64,000 bases of DNA from the IMG/VR virus record IMGVR_UViG_3300032893_000005, positions 1 to 64,000 of that record; one strand, 5' to 3'. Positions within the stretch are counted from its first letter, which is position 1, and the number at the start of each line of letters is the position of its first letter. Positions 54,549 through 64,000 of the stretch are shown in pieces. The notes beneath the pieces were generated by a model, which was not told where the DNA came from, ran no database searches, and saw nothing but the letters and a program-made list of their open reading frames with translations. A program made the translations under genes and the position numbers. This DNA is from a virus.

Positions 54549-55099
54549 TGATGGAGGAGCAGAAGGGTACGATCGACGAAGGACTGGTGGAAGCCATCGC
54601 TGAAGCCGATGCCAATGCTGACGAGGCAAAGCCAGAAGAGAAGAAGGCTGCCCCGCTCTCTAAGAAGGTTGAGAAGCAGCGCAAGGCTCAGGAAAAGCAG
54701 TTTAAGAAGATGATGGATAACTTTCGCGCAAACCGCGTGAAGGCAAACCAGACTCTGAAGTTCCGGCTAGACCTCCTAAAGCGCCAGCTTGGAAAAGATG
54801 ACTTCAACGCACTCAAGTCGATCTGCACCGTCGAAGTTCCAGAGCAGAAGGATGCTGACGGAAAGGTTATCCAAGAGGCAAAGACCGTCGTCAACAAGCA
54901 AGCCCTGCTCGTCGAAGCTAGTCACTTACTGGTCTTGATGCGCGAAGAGCGCATGAAGAAGGGGCTTCGCAAGCGCACTACCGGTCGCTCCAGCGATCGC
55001 AAGGCACACAAGTCGATGCTTGCGTTCTTGACTAAGCGCAACAAGCAGAGTGCTGCCGAGAACGTCACCGCGAAGGTGATCGCAGGCAAGCAGGGGTAG
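54548..55099 (+). CDS. Hypothetical basic protein
   Basis: AGGAGG SD; Lys/Arg-rich. Confidence 0.65.
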   Translation: MMEEQKGTIDEGLVEAIAEADANADEAKPEEKKAAPLSKKVEKQRKAQEKQFKKMMDNFRANRVKANQTLKFRLDLLKRQLGKDDFNALKSICTVEVPEQKDADGKVIQEAKTVVNKQALLVEASHLLVLMREERMKKGLRKRTTGRSSDRKAHKSMLAFLTKRNKQSAAENVTAKVIAGKQG

Positions 55100-55330
55100 A
55101 TGTTCTTCCTAGTCATCGTCGGGTTCTTACTGATGCTGTCCGGTCAAGGAGAGGTGGGTTTCCTACTCATGCTCCTTGGCCTGATCTTCTTAGTAGTCGA
55201 GCATCAGAGCCTGTCTGAGAACCCGCCGTCCAAGTGTCCGCCGCACAGGTGGACTCGCCGCGAGAACGGCGACATGTGGTGCCCCGAGTGCAAGCGTACT
55301 CCGCAAGGGAGAAGGTTCAGTGGAGATTGA
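55100..55330 (+). CDS. Small two-TM protein with Cys/His zinc motif
   Basis: Hydrophobic N-terminus; CPPH..CPEC. Confidence 0.55.
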   Translation: MFFLVIVGFLLMLSGQGEVGFLLMLLGLIFLVVEHQSLSENPPSKCPPHRWTRRENGDMWCPECKRTPQGRRFSGD

Positions 55331-55649
55331 GATCCCCAACGACTTCATCGAGGCGCTTATCGGAAGGCTTGGCATCTTAAGGCCTAGGGTCGAGATCAAC
55401 CCGAAGAACCAGACCGTTGGCTATCGGTTCAAGAACGATGACATAAACATAGAAGCCATCGTCGGAGCAGTAATCGTAGCGAACCAGTCACCGCGACCTC
55501 CAGGCATCCCTATCTTGCCAAATGCCATTGGCTTGAACTTCCAGCAGGTTGAGATCCTCAGCGGTCGATACGACTCTTTGATCTGTACTACCCTATACAA
55601 CATGTCCGTCCTGGACTACGTCGGGGAGCACAGGATTGACTTCAACTGA
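55320..55649 (+). CDS. Hypothetical protein
   Basis: Coupled ORF. Confidence 0.5.
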   Translation: MEIEIPNDFIEALIGRLGILRPRVEINPKNQTVGYRFKNDDINIEAIVGAVIVANQSPRPPGIPILPNAIGLNFQQVEILSGRYDSLICTTLYNMSVLDYVGEHRIDFN

Positions 55650-55680
55650 GACTTCCCTTATCCTGAGATCAGGAGGGAAG

Positions 55681-56502
55681 ATGCTCGTTAAGTCTCTGGT
55701 AGCCGCTAACGTAGCCGCTATGATGTTCGTCTTCGTGATACTTTCAGGAGCCACGTCGTGCTCTATCGAGAAAGTCAAGGAAACTTTTCCCGCACCGTCG
55801 TCTGGCGACATCTTAGTGATGATGATCGATACCGGCATCGACGCCGATCATAAGCTTCTAAAAGACTACGTCGACCGCAGCAGAAGCGTCGACCTCGAAG
55901 ACGGAGATGACCAGGGCGACGCGCACGGAACCCACGTCGCCGGACTCATAGTCTACGGCAGGACCATAGACGAAGGTCACCCTGTTGGCCTATGCCACAG
56001 AGTCAGGATCATCTCCTGCAACAAGCTGCACAGAGACAACAGTGACATACCAGCATGCCTAGACCTTGCCCTGAAGATGGGAGTTCAGTACATAAACATC
56101 TCCGGCGGAGGCGATAAGGCCATGCCTCTCGAGAGGACTCTCATGCAAGAGCTTGACTCTAAGGGCGTCGTGATAGTGATGGCTGCTGGCAACGAGAATA
56201 ACGACCTCGCGGAGAAGCCGTACTACCCAGCATCCTACAAGCTCAAGCACAGCATCGTCGTAGCAAATGGAACCGACAGAGAGCACAAGGCTCTAACCTC
56301 CAACTACGGAACTGATGTGGTATGGGAATGGGGTAGCGATGTACTGTCGACAGCTCCCATGGACAGATTCGACCGCATGACTGGAACCTCCCAGGCAGCG
56401 CCCATACGCCTGCACAAGATCTTGATGTCTCTTTGTGAGACAGGAGTAAACTATAAACTTTACAACGCGCCTTTCCGTGATACGATGGTGCGATACAAAT
56501 AG
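55681..56502 (+). CDS. Subtilisin-like (S8) serine protease, exported
   Basis: IDTG, HGTHV, AAGN, TGTSQAAP; N-terminal hydrophobic segment; start ATG 55681. Confidence 0.88.
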   Translation: MLVKSLVAANVAAMMFVFVILSGATSCSIEKVKETFPAPSSGDILVMMIDTGIDADHKLLKDYVDRSRSVDLEDGDDQGDAHGTHVAGLIVYGRTIDEGHPVGLCHRVRIISCNKLHRDNSDIPACLDLALKMGVQYINISGGGDKAMPLERTLMQELDSKGVVIVMAAGNENNDLAEKPYYPASYKLKHSIVVANGTDREHKALTSNYGTDVVWEWGSDVLSTAPMDRFDRMTGTSQAAPIRLHKILMSLCETGVNYKLYNAPFRDTMVRYK

Positions 56503-56510
56503 GAGAGGAC

Positions 56511-56849
56511 ATGGAAGCAGCTATGGACCAAAACGAACAGTCTGTGATGACTCCCGAACAGAAGACAGATCGCATGCTCAAGATCATAGAGCGCCTTGCG
56601 ACCATCGAGATGACGCTCAACGCTGTCAAGAGCTTGTACAACGAGAAGGACAGCTTGACCCTTGAGTTGAAAGACCTGATGGGCGTCGGCGTCGAGCTGA
56701 CCCACGGCGACGCGATCATAAAGGTGGTCGACAACTTCGCCGAGAAGAACACCGTGTTTCGAACCGCTGGCGTGAAGCGCTTCGAGCTTGAGATCGACTC
56801 GGTCTCAGCTCGCGTGGAGAAGCTCCTCAAGAAGGAGAAGAAGAAGTGA
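56511..56849 (+). CDS. Hypothetical protein
   Basis: AGGAGAGG SD. Confidence 0.65.
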   Translation: MEAAMDQNEQSVMTPEQKTDRMLKIIERLATIEMTLNAVKSLYNEKDSLTLELKDLMGVGVELTHGDAIIKVVDNFAEKNTVFRTAGVKRFELEIDSVSARVEKLLKKEKKK

Positions 56850-57166
56850 TGGACCTTAACCAGTCTGAAAACTTATGCCGTAAGCTCGGTAACGTGATCG
56901 ACTTGGTTAAGCCAACCGCGAGCCAGGACTTTGGTCAAGTTACGGAAGACATCGAAGGGTTCACCGTCCTAAGCAGCATCAACTGCCTCAAGGCTGGTCT
57001 CTTCCAGTGTCGCCTGTCTGTGGCCGGTGACTACGTGAAGACCAAGAGTGGATTGAAGCAGGTGTCTGGCATCTCGCAGACTGGGACCAAGCAAGAAGTG
57101 ATCGACTGGGTCAAGTACACTCTGCCCATGTTCATCAGCAGCCTCAAGAAGTCGGCGGATGCATGA
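56846..57166 (+). CDS. Hypothetical protein
   Basis: Coupled ORF. Confidence 0.55.
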   Translation: MMDLNQSENLCRKLGNVIDLVKPTASQDFGQVTEDIEGFTVLSSINCLKAGLFQCRLSVAGDYVKTKSGLKQVSGISQTGTKQEVIDWVKYTLPMFISSLKKSADA

Positions 57167-57642
57167 GCTTAGTCGTCCTGACTGACGACCACCCAGTCCT
57201 GAAGATGAAGAGTGAGAAGGTTGAAGCTGCAGCCTTAGCAGCCTTGGATACTTTCATGAAGGAGTTGGTCGAAGTGATGAAGGCCAACAACGGTATCGGC
57301 ATAGCAGCACCTCAAGTTGGAGTACTGAAGCAGATCATCGTGATAAACACCAAGCTGGTCGGCGGCACTCTTGAGAACGAGATCATGATCAACCCAGTAA
57401 TCGTAAAGCAGAGTCATGAGAAAAGTACAGACAGCGAGGGATGCCTCAGCTTGCCTGGTAAGCACTACCTAGTTCAGAGAAGGGACGAAGTCTTCGTCTC
57501 GTACATGACTCCGGCGGGAAAGACCAGGTCCCAGAACCTGTCGGAGATCGATGCCCGGTGCGTACAACATGAGGTGGACCATCTTCGCGGTATATTGATG
57601 AGTGATGTTGGAGTTCCAGTTGAAGATCCTAAGACTACGTGA
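57163..57642 (+). CDS. def: Peptide deformylase
   Basis: GIGIAAPQ, EGCLS, QHEVDHL. Confidence 0.95.
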   Translation: MSLVVLTDDHPVLKMKSEKVEAAALAALDTFMKELVEVMKANNGIGIAAPQVGVLKQIIVINTKLVGGTLENEIMINPVIVKQSHEKSTDSEGCLSLPGKHYLVQRRDEVFVSYMTPAGKTRSQNLSEIDARCVQHEVDHLRGILMSDVGVPVEDPKTT

Positions 57643-57740
57643 TCGCTTACTATTACTGCTCCTCATCGTGGTCGCCACTGTAGCCTTGACTATCAACTTT
57701 GCATGGTGTTATCTTAGTGACATGTATCACCGGAGGAAAG

Positions 57741-58052
57741 ATGACTCGAAAAGATCGTGAAGAGCTGAACGCCATGTCCCTTGACGTGTACGGCAACAGG
57801 AATGCCTGGGCAAAGCAAGTTCGCAAAGGTGAGTATCGCTCGGAAGCCTCTATGACTAACAGTGGTCAGCCGATCAACGTCAAGCGTTGGTACCCGATCA
57901 CGCCGGAAGAAGCGAAGAAGCGCATGGAGAAGATGTTGGCCGATCGTGCGTTGGCAAAGATTGAAGCACAGAAGAAGCCACTTGAACTTAAAGGAGGGCC
58001 AGATGGCTCGGAAAAGCAAGAAAGCAAAGAAATCGCGCAGCCCGCGCAGTAA
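57741..58052 (+). CDS. Hypothetical protein
   Basis: GGAGG SD, ATG 57741. Confidence 0.6.
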   Translation: MTRKDREELNAMSLDVYGNRNAWAKQVRKGEYRSEASMTNSGQPINVKRWYPITPEEAKKRMEKMLADRALAKIEAQKKPLELKGGPDGSEKQESKEIAQPAQ

Positions 58053-58560
58053 TCCCGTCGTCGAGGCTCTTACCGCTGTCAGCGGCGAGCTGAACGGCAT
58101 CAACGAGCGCCTGAACACAGTTCAGGAAAACGTCGAGACGCTTCGCGGAGAAGTGTCGGAAGTGAAGACTACGACGTCTTCGCTGAAGACCGATGCTGCT
58201 CCTGCGGCACCAGCAAACACCGATGCGCTGGACGCCCTGGTCAAGACACAACAAGTTGAGGCTGCTAAGCGCTTGCGTGAGGAAGTCCTCCCTGAGGCAC
58301 GCCGCGCTCAGCGCTTCTACGGATACTTGACCCTGTCGGTTAACGGCGGTGAGTTCAAGATGGAGAAGATCGAGAGTGTATCGCGCCTTGAAGAAGTTCT
58401 TAAGGGCGTCGAGGACGGCACGATTCGCATCTTGATGAACCCCTTCGCAGCTCAGCCGACTGCTCACGTCGAGAAGGTGTCTGAAGTAACGCAGGCTCTG
58501 AAAGCCACGGAGACTCCTAAGCGGGGCCTCTTGCAACGCCTGCTCGACCTAGGGAAGTAA
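58003..58560 (+). CDS. Coiled-coil hypothetical protein
   Basis: AAGGAGG SD, ATG 58003. Confidence 0.6.
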   Translation: MARKSKKAKKSRSPRSNPVVEALTAVSGELNGINERLNTVQENVETLRGEVSEVKTTTSSLKTDAAPAAPANTDALDALVKTQQVEAAKRLREEVLPEARRAQRFYGYLTLSVNGGEFKMEKIESVSRLEEVLKGVEDGTIRILMNPFAAQPTAHVEKVSEVTQALKATETPKRGLLQRLLDLGK

Positions 58561-59229
58561 GTGAAGATAACCTGCCTCTCAGACACACACATGCGCCTCG
58601 ACAAGGTCCCTGCCCTTCCGGGTGGGGACACGATCGTTCACTCTGGTGACTTGACCGGTCGCGGTGAGATCTGGGAGATGGAGCGAGAACTGAAGAAGTT
58701 AGGGGACCTTAAGAAGCGGTACCAGTATGTTCACTGCATATACGTGGCCGGTAACCACGACTGGCTTGCCTTCCGTGATCAGACTAGGGTACGAGAACTT
58801 TGTAAGAAGAACGGCATCATCTACCTCCAAGACGAAGAAGTGACCCTCGACGGGGTAAGGTTCTACGGCTCTCCGTGGCAGCCTGCCTTCTGCGGATGGG
58901 CATTTAACCTCCCACGCGGCGAAGCCTTAAGGAAGGTATGGGATCAGATCCCCACCAATGGCATAGATTACCTTATCACTCACGGCCCACCTTATGGTAT
59001 CCTGGACGAGGTCGTTAAGGTTGATGGAACCTCTTACCACCCGCCGGAGCTTGTCGGATGTGCTGACCTACTGAACAGACTGCTTCACGTTAAGCCGAAG
59101 GTTCACCAGTTTGGTCACATCCACTGCGCTTCTGGCGAGAAGACGTTCATGGACATAAAGTTCATCAACGCGAGCATGTGTGATGAGATGTATATGGTAA
59201 CCAATCCGGTAAGGGAAGTAGAGATCTAA
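58561..59229 (+). CDS. Metallophosphoesterase (239FB-like)
   Basis: SDTH, GD, GNHD, THGPP, GHIH. Confidence 0.88.
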   Translation: MKITCLSDTHMRLDKVPALPGGDTIVHSGDLTGRGEIWEMERELKKLGDLKKRYQYVHCIYVAGNHDWLAFRDQTRVRELCKKNGIIYLQDEEVTLDGVRFYGSPWQPAFCGWAFNLPRGEALRKVWDQIPTNGIDYLITHGPPYGILDEVVKVDGTSYHPPELVGCADLLNRLLHVKPKVHQFGHIHCASGEKTFMDIKFINASMCDEMYMVTNPVREVEI

Positions 59230-59232
59230 TCC

Positions 59233-59736
59233 ATGAGTAAGACGATACCGCTCACGAAAGGATACGTGACTGTCGTTGACGATGAAGATTACGATATGCT
59301 CATGCAGTGGAAGTGGCAAGCGCGGCCAACCAGAAGTAGTGGAAAGTACATCAGAAACAAGACTGATGTTTATGCTGCCAGAACCGGTAAAGATAAAGGC
59401 CGGTCGTATCCAATCCTCCTACATCGACTGATTATGGGCTTCCCAGCCTGCCAGGTAGACCATAAAAACGGCAATACTCTCGATAATCAAAAAACCAACT
59501 TAAGACTGTGTACAAACTCTAGTAACCGGGCCAACAGCGCGAAGATGTCTGGCAGATCGTCTAGCTATAAAGGTGTCACTTGGGACAAAAATCGATCAAA
59601 GTGGAAGACTGCTATTAAAGTAAATGGTAAGATGATTAACGCAGGTCGGTTCGACGACGAGATCTTAGCAGCTAAAACATATGACGAACTTGCATTAAAG
59701 TACTTTGGAGAGTTTGCTAAAACAAACTTTAAGTAA
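59233..59736 (+). CDS. HNH-AP2 homing endonuclease
   Basis: LHR.I...VDHKNGNTLDN...NLR; YKGV.W...W; AT-rich. Confidence 0.9.
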   Translation: MSKTIPLTKGYVTVVDDEDYDMLMQWKWQARPTRSSGKYIRNKTDVYAARTGKDKGRSYPILLHRLIMGFPACQVDHKNGNTLDNQKTNLRLCTNSSNRANSAKMSGRSSSYKGVTWDKNRSKWKTAIKVNGKMINAGRFDDEILAAKTYDELALKYFGEFAKTNFK

Positions 59737-60519
59737 ATGACGAAGCCGGTCGCTCTAATAGGAGATGTTCATGCGATACCTGACGAGTTTCAGGAACTCC
59801 TGGCATGGATCAACGATCAGGGCATCCCAAATAACAGGATCTGGGTCCTCGGGGACTTGTGGGATCGCGGTCCTGACTCGGGAGCGATCAGCCGCATCTG
59901 TCGTCAGCGCGGGATCAACTCGATCTTGGGAAACCATGAGCAGTCGATCATCAACCGCTGGTCTGCCAAGGTCAAGGGTAACAAGATGCGTCATCCGAAC
60001 CCCGACAAAGAGCGCACGATCGCATCAGTTACCCAGGAAGACATCGACTGGGCTTCAAAGCTACCGCCTATCCACATCTTCGACGACTTGAAGCTAGTCA
60101 TAGCCCACGGCGGCGTCTGGCCCCGCATACCGTTCTACAAGCAGCCCAAGAACGTCATCAGGGCTCAGATGATCCAGGCATGGAACCCTGGACCGTCGAG
60201 GTGGTGGGGTCCGCAGGCTAAGGCGGGCAGCGGATACTCAGAAGAGGAGTCCTACGCTCAGGGCTGGAGGCGATGGTACGAGGTCTACGATCACCAGTAC
60301 GACATCGCGTTTGGCCACAGCGTCTTCCAGCAGCCTCTTATCTATAAGAATCCAGGCGCCGGGACCGTGTTCGGCTTGGATACCGGCGGAGTATTTGGTG
60401 GTTGTCTGACCGGCATGATATACTACGGAAAAGGCGAGTACCACATCAAGCAGGTGACGGCGAAGAAGGTGTACTGCCAAGACATGAACAAGCAGTTTGG
60501 GGTCGACGATGAAGGATAA
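59737..60519 (+). CDS. PPP-family phosphatase (ApaH/PrpE-like)
   Basis: GDVH, GDL.DRGPDS, GNHE, HGG, GH, LDTG. Confidence 0.88.
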   Translation: MTKPVALIGDVHAIPDEFQELLAWINDQGIPNNRIWVLGDLWDRGPDSGAISRICRQRGINSILGNHEQSIINRWSAKVKGNKMRHPNPDKERTIASVTQEDIDWASKLPPIHIFDDLKLVIAHGGVWPRIPFYKQPKNVIRAQMIQAWNPGPSRWWGPQAKAGSGYSEEESYAQGWRRWYEVYDHQYDIAFGHSVFQQPLIYKNPGAGTVFGLDTGGVFGGCLTGMIYYGKGEYHIKQVTAKKVYCQDMNKQFGVDDEG

Positions 60520-60967
60520 GATACACGTAGACATCAACACCCAAGAGCGCATAGTCCTGTGGAACGACCAGGCGGTCTTCGTAGACTGCGACGACACTAT
60601 GATCTTATGGTCTTACCCGGAAGGCATCGACACGCGGCACTTAACCCATGCCAAGGATGTTCATGGAAACGATACGTTAGTATTCTTGAATCATCAACGC
60701 CACATAGACTTCGTAAAGCGCCTGTACAGGCAGGGCGTAATGGTCATCGTATGGAGCGCAGCCGGAACACGCTGGGCAGACCATACCGCCGACATCCTAG
60801 GACTTGATGGCTTCGTGACGGTGACCATGTGCAAGCCGAAGTTCATGCTGGACGATCTGTCAGCCGACAAGTTCATGCCTAAGAACACGTTCCTTGATCC
60901 TTTTAATCCTATGAAGGACAAGGACGAGGACAACCGCTTCCACACGGATGGCAAAGATGAGCCGTAA
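60509..60967 (+). CDS. HAD-family phosphatase
   Basis: FVDCDDT, WS, KP..LDD. Confidence 0.75.
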   Translation: MKDKIHVDINTQERIVLWNDQAVFVDCDDTMILWSYPEGIDTRHLTHAKDVHGNDTLVFLNHQRHIDFVKRLYRQGVMVIVWSAAGTRWADHTADILGLDGFVTVTMCKPKFMLDDLSADKFMPKNTFLDPFNPMKDKDEDNRFHTDGKDEP

Positions 60968-61193
60968 GCTCCGACCGCTTGGTCAGGTAACCCAGGACAT
61001 GGAACCCCTCCTGTTCGAGATGTGCGACGATCATGACCTTCAGCACGGGGAGATCCTTGGCCTGGTCAAGGCTTGGCTGGACATCCACTACCCGGCTGGA
61101 CGCGAAGAGTACGTTGACGGCAGTGGACATCCTGTGGTAAAGATCGTAGAGTATAGGCCTGTAACACAAACTCCTAAGGAGAAGAAAAAATGA
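60957..61193 (+). CDS. Hypothetical protein
   Basis: Overlapping ORF in operon. Confidence 0.55.
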   Translation: MSRKLRPLGQVTQDMEPLLFEMCDDHDLQHGEILGLVKAWLDIHYPAGREEYVDGSGHPVVKIVEYRPVTQTPKEKKK

Positions 61194-61618
61194 AGAAGTT
61201 GCTCTTAGCGGCCATCGCCGCCGCAGTCGTCCTCGCAGGTACGGTGCAGTATGCCGCGTACCAAGTTGCTCACCAGTCGTACGTCACCCAGCTCACCTCG
61301 AAGGAGCAGTTGACGAAGAGCCTTCAGGATCTTCAGACTAGCAAGCTCACTACGGCTCTAATTCTTGTCACCAGCGGCGACAAGGAGATGGAAGCTATGT
61401 TCAAGGCATCGGCTAAGAAGTACCACGGCAAGATCTTGTTCTTGGAAGTCGATCCTTCTAAAGTTCAGGAAGCCTCCGTTGGCGAAGACCCCGCAGTGGT
61501 GGTCGTCGACAAGGTCGTCGGCCTGCAAGTTCTGCGCGGTAAGGCGCCGAGCCAGCAAGCCCTCGACAACGTGATCGAGCAGCTACTCGCCATCAACGGA
61601 CAGTTCCAGCGTAAGTAG
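61190..61618 (+). CDS. Exported thioredoxin-fold-like protein lacking CxxC
   Basis: Signal/TM; A.KY.GKI.FL.VD...P pattern; no Cys. Confidence 0.5.
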   Translation: MKKLLLAAIAAAVVLAGTVQYAAYQVAHQSYVTQLTSKEQLTKSLQDLQTSKLTTALILVTSGDKEMEAMFKASAKKYHGKILFLEVDPSKVQEASVGEDPAVVVVDKVVGLQVLRGKAPSQQALDNVIEQLLAINGQFQRK

Positions 61619-62056
61619 ATGAAGATCATCTTCGTCGGCTGCAATCCTTCTCCGAAGAACGCGGACAGTCGGGTACCCTTCGTAGGTACCCGTTCTGGCT
61701 CCATCTTCTTTCGGTGGACGGAAGAGCTTGGTCTGAGCCGGGACCAGTACGAGATCATCAACGTGTCGAGCAAGGTGACCAAGTCGTCGGCTCAAGTCAA
61801 GAAGTCAGACATCTCTCTGGAGCAGGTCGCGAAGGCGATCTTGCTCTTGTCTGGCAAGAAGACGAAGATCATCACTCTAGGAACTATGGCCGCCTGGGCT
61901 CTCGAGCAGCTCAAGATCGACCACTTCTCGCTACCTCACCCGTCGGGGCTTAACCGCAAGCTCAACGACAAGAACTTCGCGAAGGAACAGTTACGCCTAT
62001 GCAAGAAGTACCTAAGAAGCGATTCGACTTCGGATTCGGCGAAGCCGTCTGCGTAA
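61619..62056 (+). CDS. Uracil-DNA glycosylase-superfamily protein
   Basis: FVGCNPS..PF.G; LG..A; HPSGLN. Confidence 0.78.
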   Translation: MKIIFVGCNPSPKNADSRVPFVGTRSGSIFFRWTEELGLSRDQYEIINVSSKVTKSSAQVKKSDISLEQVAKAILLLSGKKTKIITLGTMAAWALEQLKIDHFSLPHPSGLNRKLNDKNFAKEQLRLCKKYLRSDSTSDSAKPSA

Positions 62057-62985
62057 GAGAAGTCCTCGCTAACTTCTATACTCCGCACATGGGAGAGCAC
62101 AACACGATCCTCTCGGTTCGTGACATGGGTTATCCGGGCACAGGCCCCGGACTCCCAGAGCTGATCGAAGACACCCGCAGCGTCATACGTGACGAGACGG
62201 GCTACAACTACAAGCATGTCCTGATTACGGCTGGAGCTGCTCAAGCAATCATCGTTGCCGTCAAAGCACTGTCTCTGAGCGACTGCACGTTTGTCAGGTA
62301 CCACGAGCCGTACTTCTCTCACTACCCGTCATTGATAGAGATGGCCGGGGCCAACCCGGTCCCGTTCGCGGACGACGCAATCGAGTACAGGGACGAGGTC
62401 CGTCTGGTTGACTCTCCGTCAAACCCTGAGGGGAAAACACGACTCGACGACTGCGACATCTGGGATGCTACGTACGCGAACCGAATCTACAGCAAGCTCC
62501 ATGCTGCTAATCCTAAGCATAAGATCATGATCGGCAGCTTCGGGAAGCTGCTTGGACTCAACGGCGTTCGCCTTGGGTGGATCGCAACAGATGACTCGTA
62601 CTTGTTTGATAAGATGGTTGACATAAACTACCACATGACCCTAGGCGTGAGCGTTCCCTCTCAGCGGCTCGTCTCGAGCATCATAGAGAACGTAGAGATG
62701 GGTCAGTTCACTCAAGAAGCGGCCTTACAGATCGACTGTAACCGCGAGGAGATGTCAAAGCTCGAGTACTTGTCTGGAGACGATGAAGTACCATCAAGCG
62801 GCATGTTCTACTGGGCTTCCATGGACTCGAAGGCTCGCGGCCTACTGAAGATCGCGGGAGTTAAGTGGATAGAAGGGACTGACTGCGGCGGGACAGAATA
62901 TCACTTAAGGTTAAACCTTGCTCAGTCAAGAAAGCTCACTCAAGAGATGGTGAGGGCGGTCAGGAAGCTCGATGGAAAGAAGTAG
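61999..62985 (+). CDS. PLP-dependent aminotransferase (class I/II)
   Basis: GAAQA, SPSNPEG, D.TY, SFGK..G..G.RLGW. Confidence 0.85.
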   Translation: MQEVPKKRFDFGFGEAVCVREVLANFYTPHMGEHNTILSVRDMGYPGTGPGLPELIEDTRSVIRDETGYNYKHVLITAGAAQAIIVAVKALSLSDCTFVRYHEPYFSHYPSLIEMAGANPVPFADDAIEYRDEVRLVDSPSNPEGKTRLDDCDIWDATYANRIYSKLHAANPKHKIMIGSFGKLLGLNGVRLGWIATDDSYLFDKMVDINYHMTLGVSVPSQRLVSSIIENVEMGQFTQEAALQIDCNREEMSKLEYLSGDDEVPSSGMFYWASMDSKARGLLKIAGVKWIEGTDCGGTEYHLRLNLAQSRKLTQEMVRAVRKLDGKK

Positions 62986-63493
62986 TCACAAGTACGTACT
63001 AGCAAGCGCTATCGCCCATGCGCTGATCTTCCTGTCGATGTCTCCGATGCATGGATGTGTGACCGGCAGTAAGGGCGCTGCGATGAAGATGGCGAACGGT
63101 GCCCAGTCAGGCGTTAAGCACGTAGAACATGTAACCGTTGACCTGATCACCGAGGAGATCAAGGATAAGAAGACTGACGAGGGGAAGACTAAAGACAAGA
63201 AGCCAGGCCTTGTCACTGAGCCCGCAAAGATGGTTCACGAGAACGACGACTGCAAGCGCTGGTTTGGCGGCATAGGCATCACAGTGACCAACCTTAATGC
63301 CCTAGGCGTCGAGATCTTGAAAGTTCACCATGGGTATCCTGCCGAGAGAGCAGGTCTCATGGCCGGAGACGTGATCATCCACGTGAGTGACAGGGAGATT
63401 CGCGGAGAGGTTGGAACTGAGGTTACACTGACGGTACTCCGAAGCGGAGCGCCTATCATGTTTACGATGCTTAGGGACAAGATCTGTTATTAA
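62972..63493 (+). CDS. Membrane-anchored PDZ-domain protein
   Basis: TonB-like S...H anchor; FGGIG..PAERAGL..GDVI. Confidence 0.8.
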   Translation: MERSSHKYVLASAIAHALIFLSMSPMHGCVTGSKGAAMKMANGAQSGVKHVEHVTVDLITEEIKDKKTDEGKTKDKKPGLVTEPAKMVHENDDCKRWFGGIGITVTNLNALGVEILKVHHGYPAERAGLMAGDVIIHVSDREIRGEVGTEVTLTVLRSGAPIMFTMLRDKICY

Positions 63494-63495
63494 AT

Positions 63496-63924
63496 ATGGC
63501 ATATAACCCTGAAAGCAGTAGAAAGTGGTATCAGAAAAATCGCGAAAAACGACTCGCAGCGATGCTGGAGAGGTATCAAGACCCTGAAGTAAAGAAACGA
63601 AAACAGGAATATGACCGTCAAAGGCGACAGCGCCTGAAGGATGCAGGAGAAAAACAGTTTTCAGAAGCTCAGAGGCAGACCCACTACCGAAAACGGTACG
63701 GTATAGATATAAATATTTACGAAAAAATGTTAGAAAGTCAAAACGGCTGTTGTGCTATATGCGGGACGGCTCAAGCAGAATTAAAGAAAACTTTAGCCGT
63801 AGACCATTGTCATGTGACAGGCAGGGTGCGCGGTCTTTTATGTGATCCATGCAATAAAGGTTTAGGTTACTTCAGAGATAGTTTAGAGATTATGAGTAGG
63901 GCCATAGATTATCTTAAGGATTAA
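63496..63924 (+). CDS. Endonuclease VII-family homing endonuclease
   Basis: Q.G.CAIC..VDHCH.TG.VRGLLC..CN.GLG; AT-rich. Confidence 0.9.
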   Translation: MAYNPESSRKWYQKNREKRLAAMLERYQDPEVKKRKQEYDRQRRQRLKDAGEKQFSEAQRQTHYRKRYGIDINIYEKMLESQNGCCAICGTAQAELKKTLAVDHCHVTGRVRGLLCDPCNKGLGYFRDSLEIMSRAIDYLKD

Positions 63925-64000
63925 ACCATCGCGTACCGCCAGGTTTATATGATCCAAATGGTTTATTTTGGAAATGTACCCAGTTTTGATTGCCATTCTC

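Noticed and set aside
1-64000. Alternative genetic code / stop-codon reassignment
   Set aside because: Core genes (dnaE, terL, portal, MCP) are full-length in the standard code, and TAA, TAG and TGA all end genes.

Overview
This window is a 64-kb segment of a large lytic tailed dsDNA phage in the standard genetic code, with a Twort/SPO1-like head module. No integrase, CRISPR array or rRNA was seen. The minus-strand left half (1-32.3 kb) holds head morphogenesis genes (major capsid, scaffold, prohead protease, MuF-like protein, portal, terminase), a sigma factor, an SF2 helicase, SbcD and a GroES-like gene, interrupted by two plus-strand islands of small genes. The plus-strand right half holds GroEL, SbcC, RuvC, DnaE, SSB/UvsY/RecA, primase, DnaB, several proteases and accessory enzymes. 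The most striking feature is two ~1100-aa modular polyproteins at 1-7510; the one at 1-3329 is absent from the ORF track because it runs off the window. Their modules resemble SAM lyase, an Acb1-like 2H phosphoesterase, two ADP-ribosyltransferases, GNAT, ParB-like and zincin domains. They are separated by recurring LAASE and hydrophobic-x-K-[S/A/T/G] linkers matching the apparent prohead-protease sites in capsid, scaffold and portal. This suggests head-packaged, protease-released counter-defence cargo (inference). Also notable: a 19-bp putative late-promoter motif in five copies, a copy of the capsid N-arm inside the protease, a ~120-nt tRNA-like ncRNA with its own promoter, and iteron-like repeats near the strand switch. 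All domain calls come from motif recognition by eye, not database searches.
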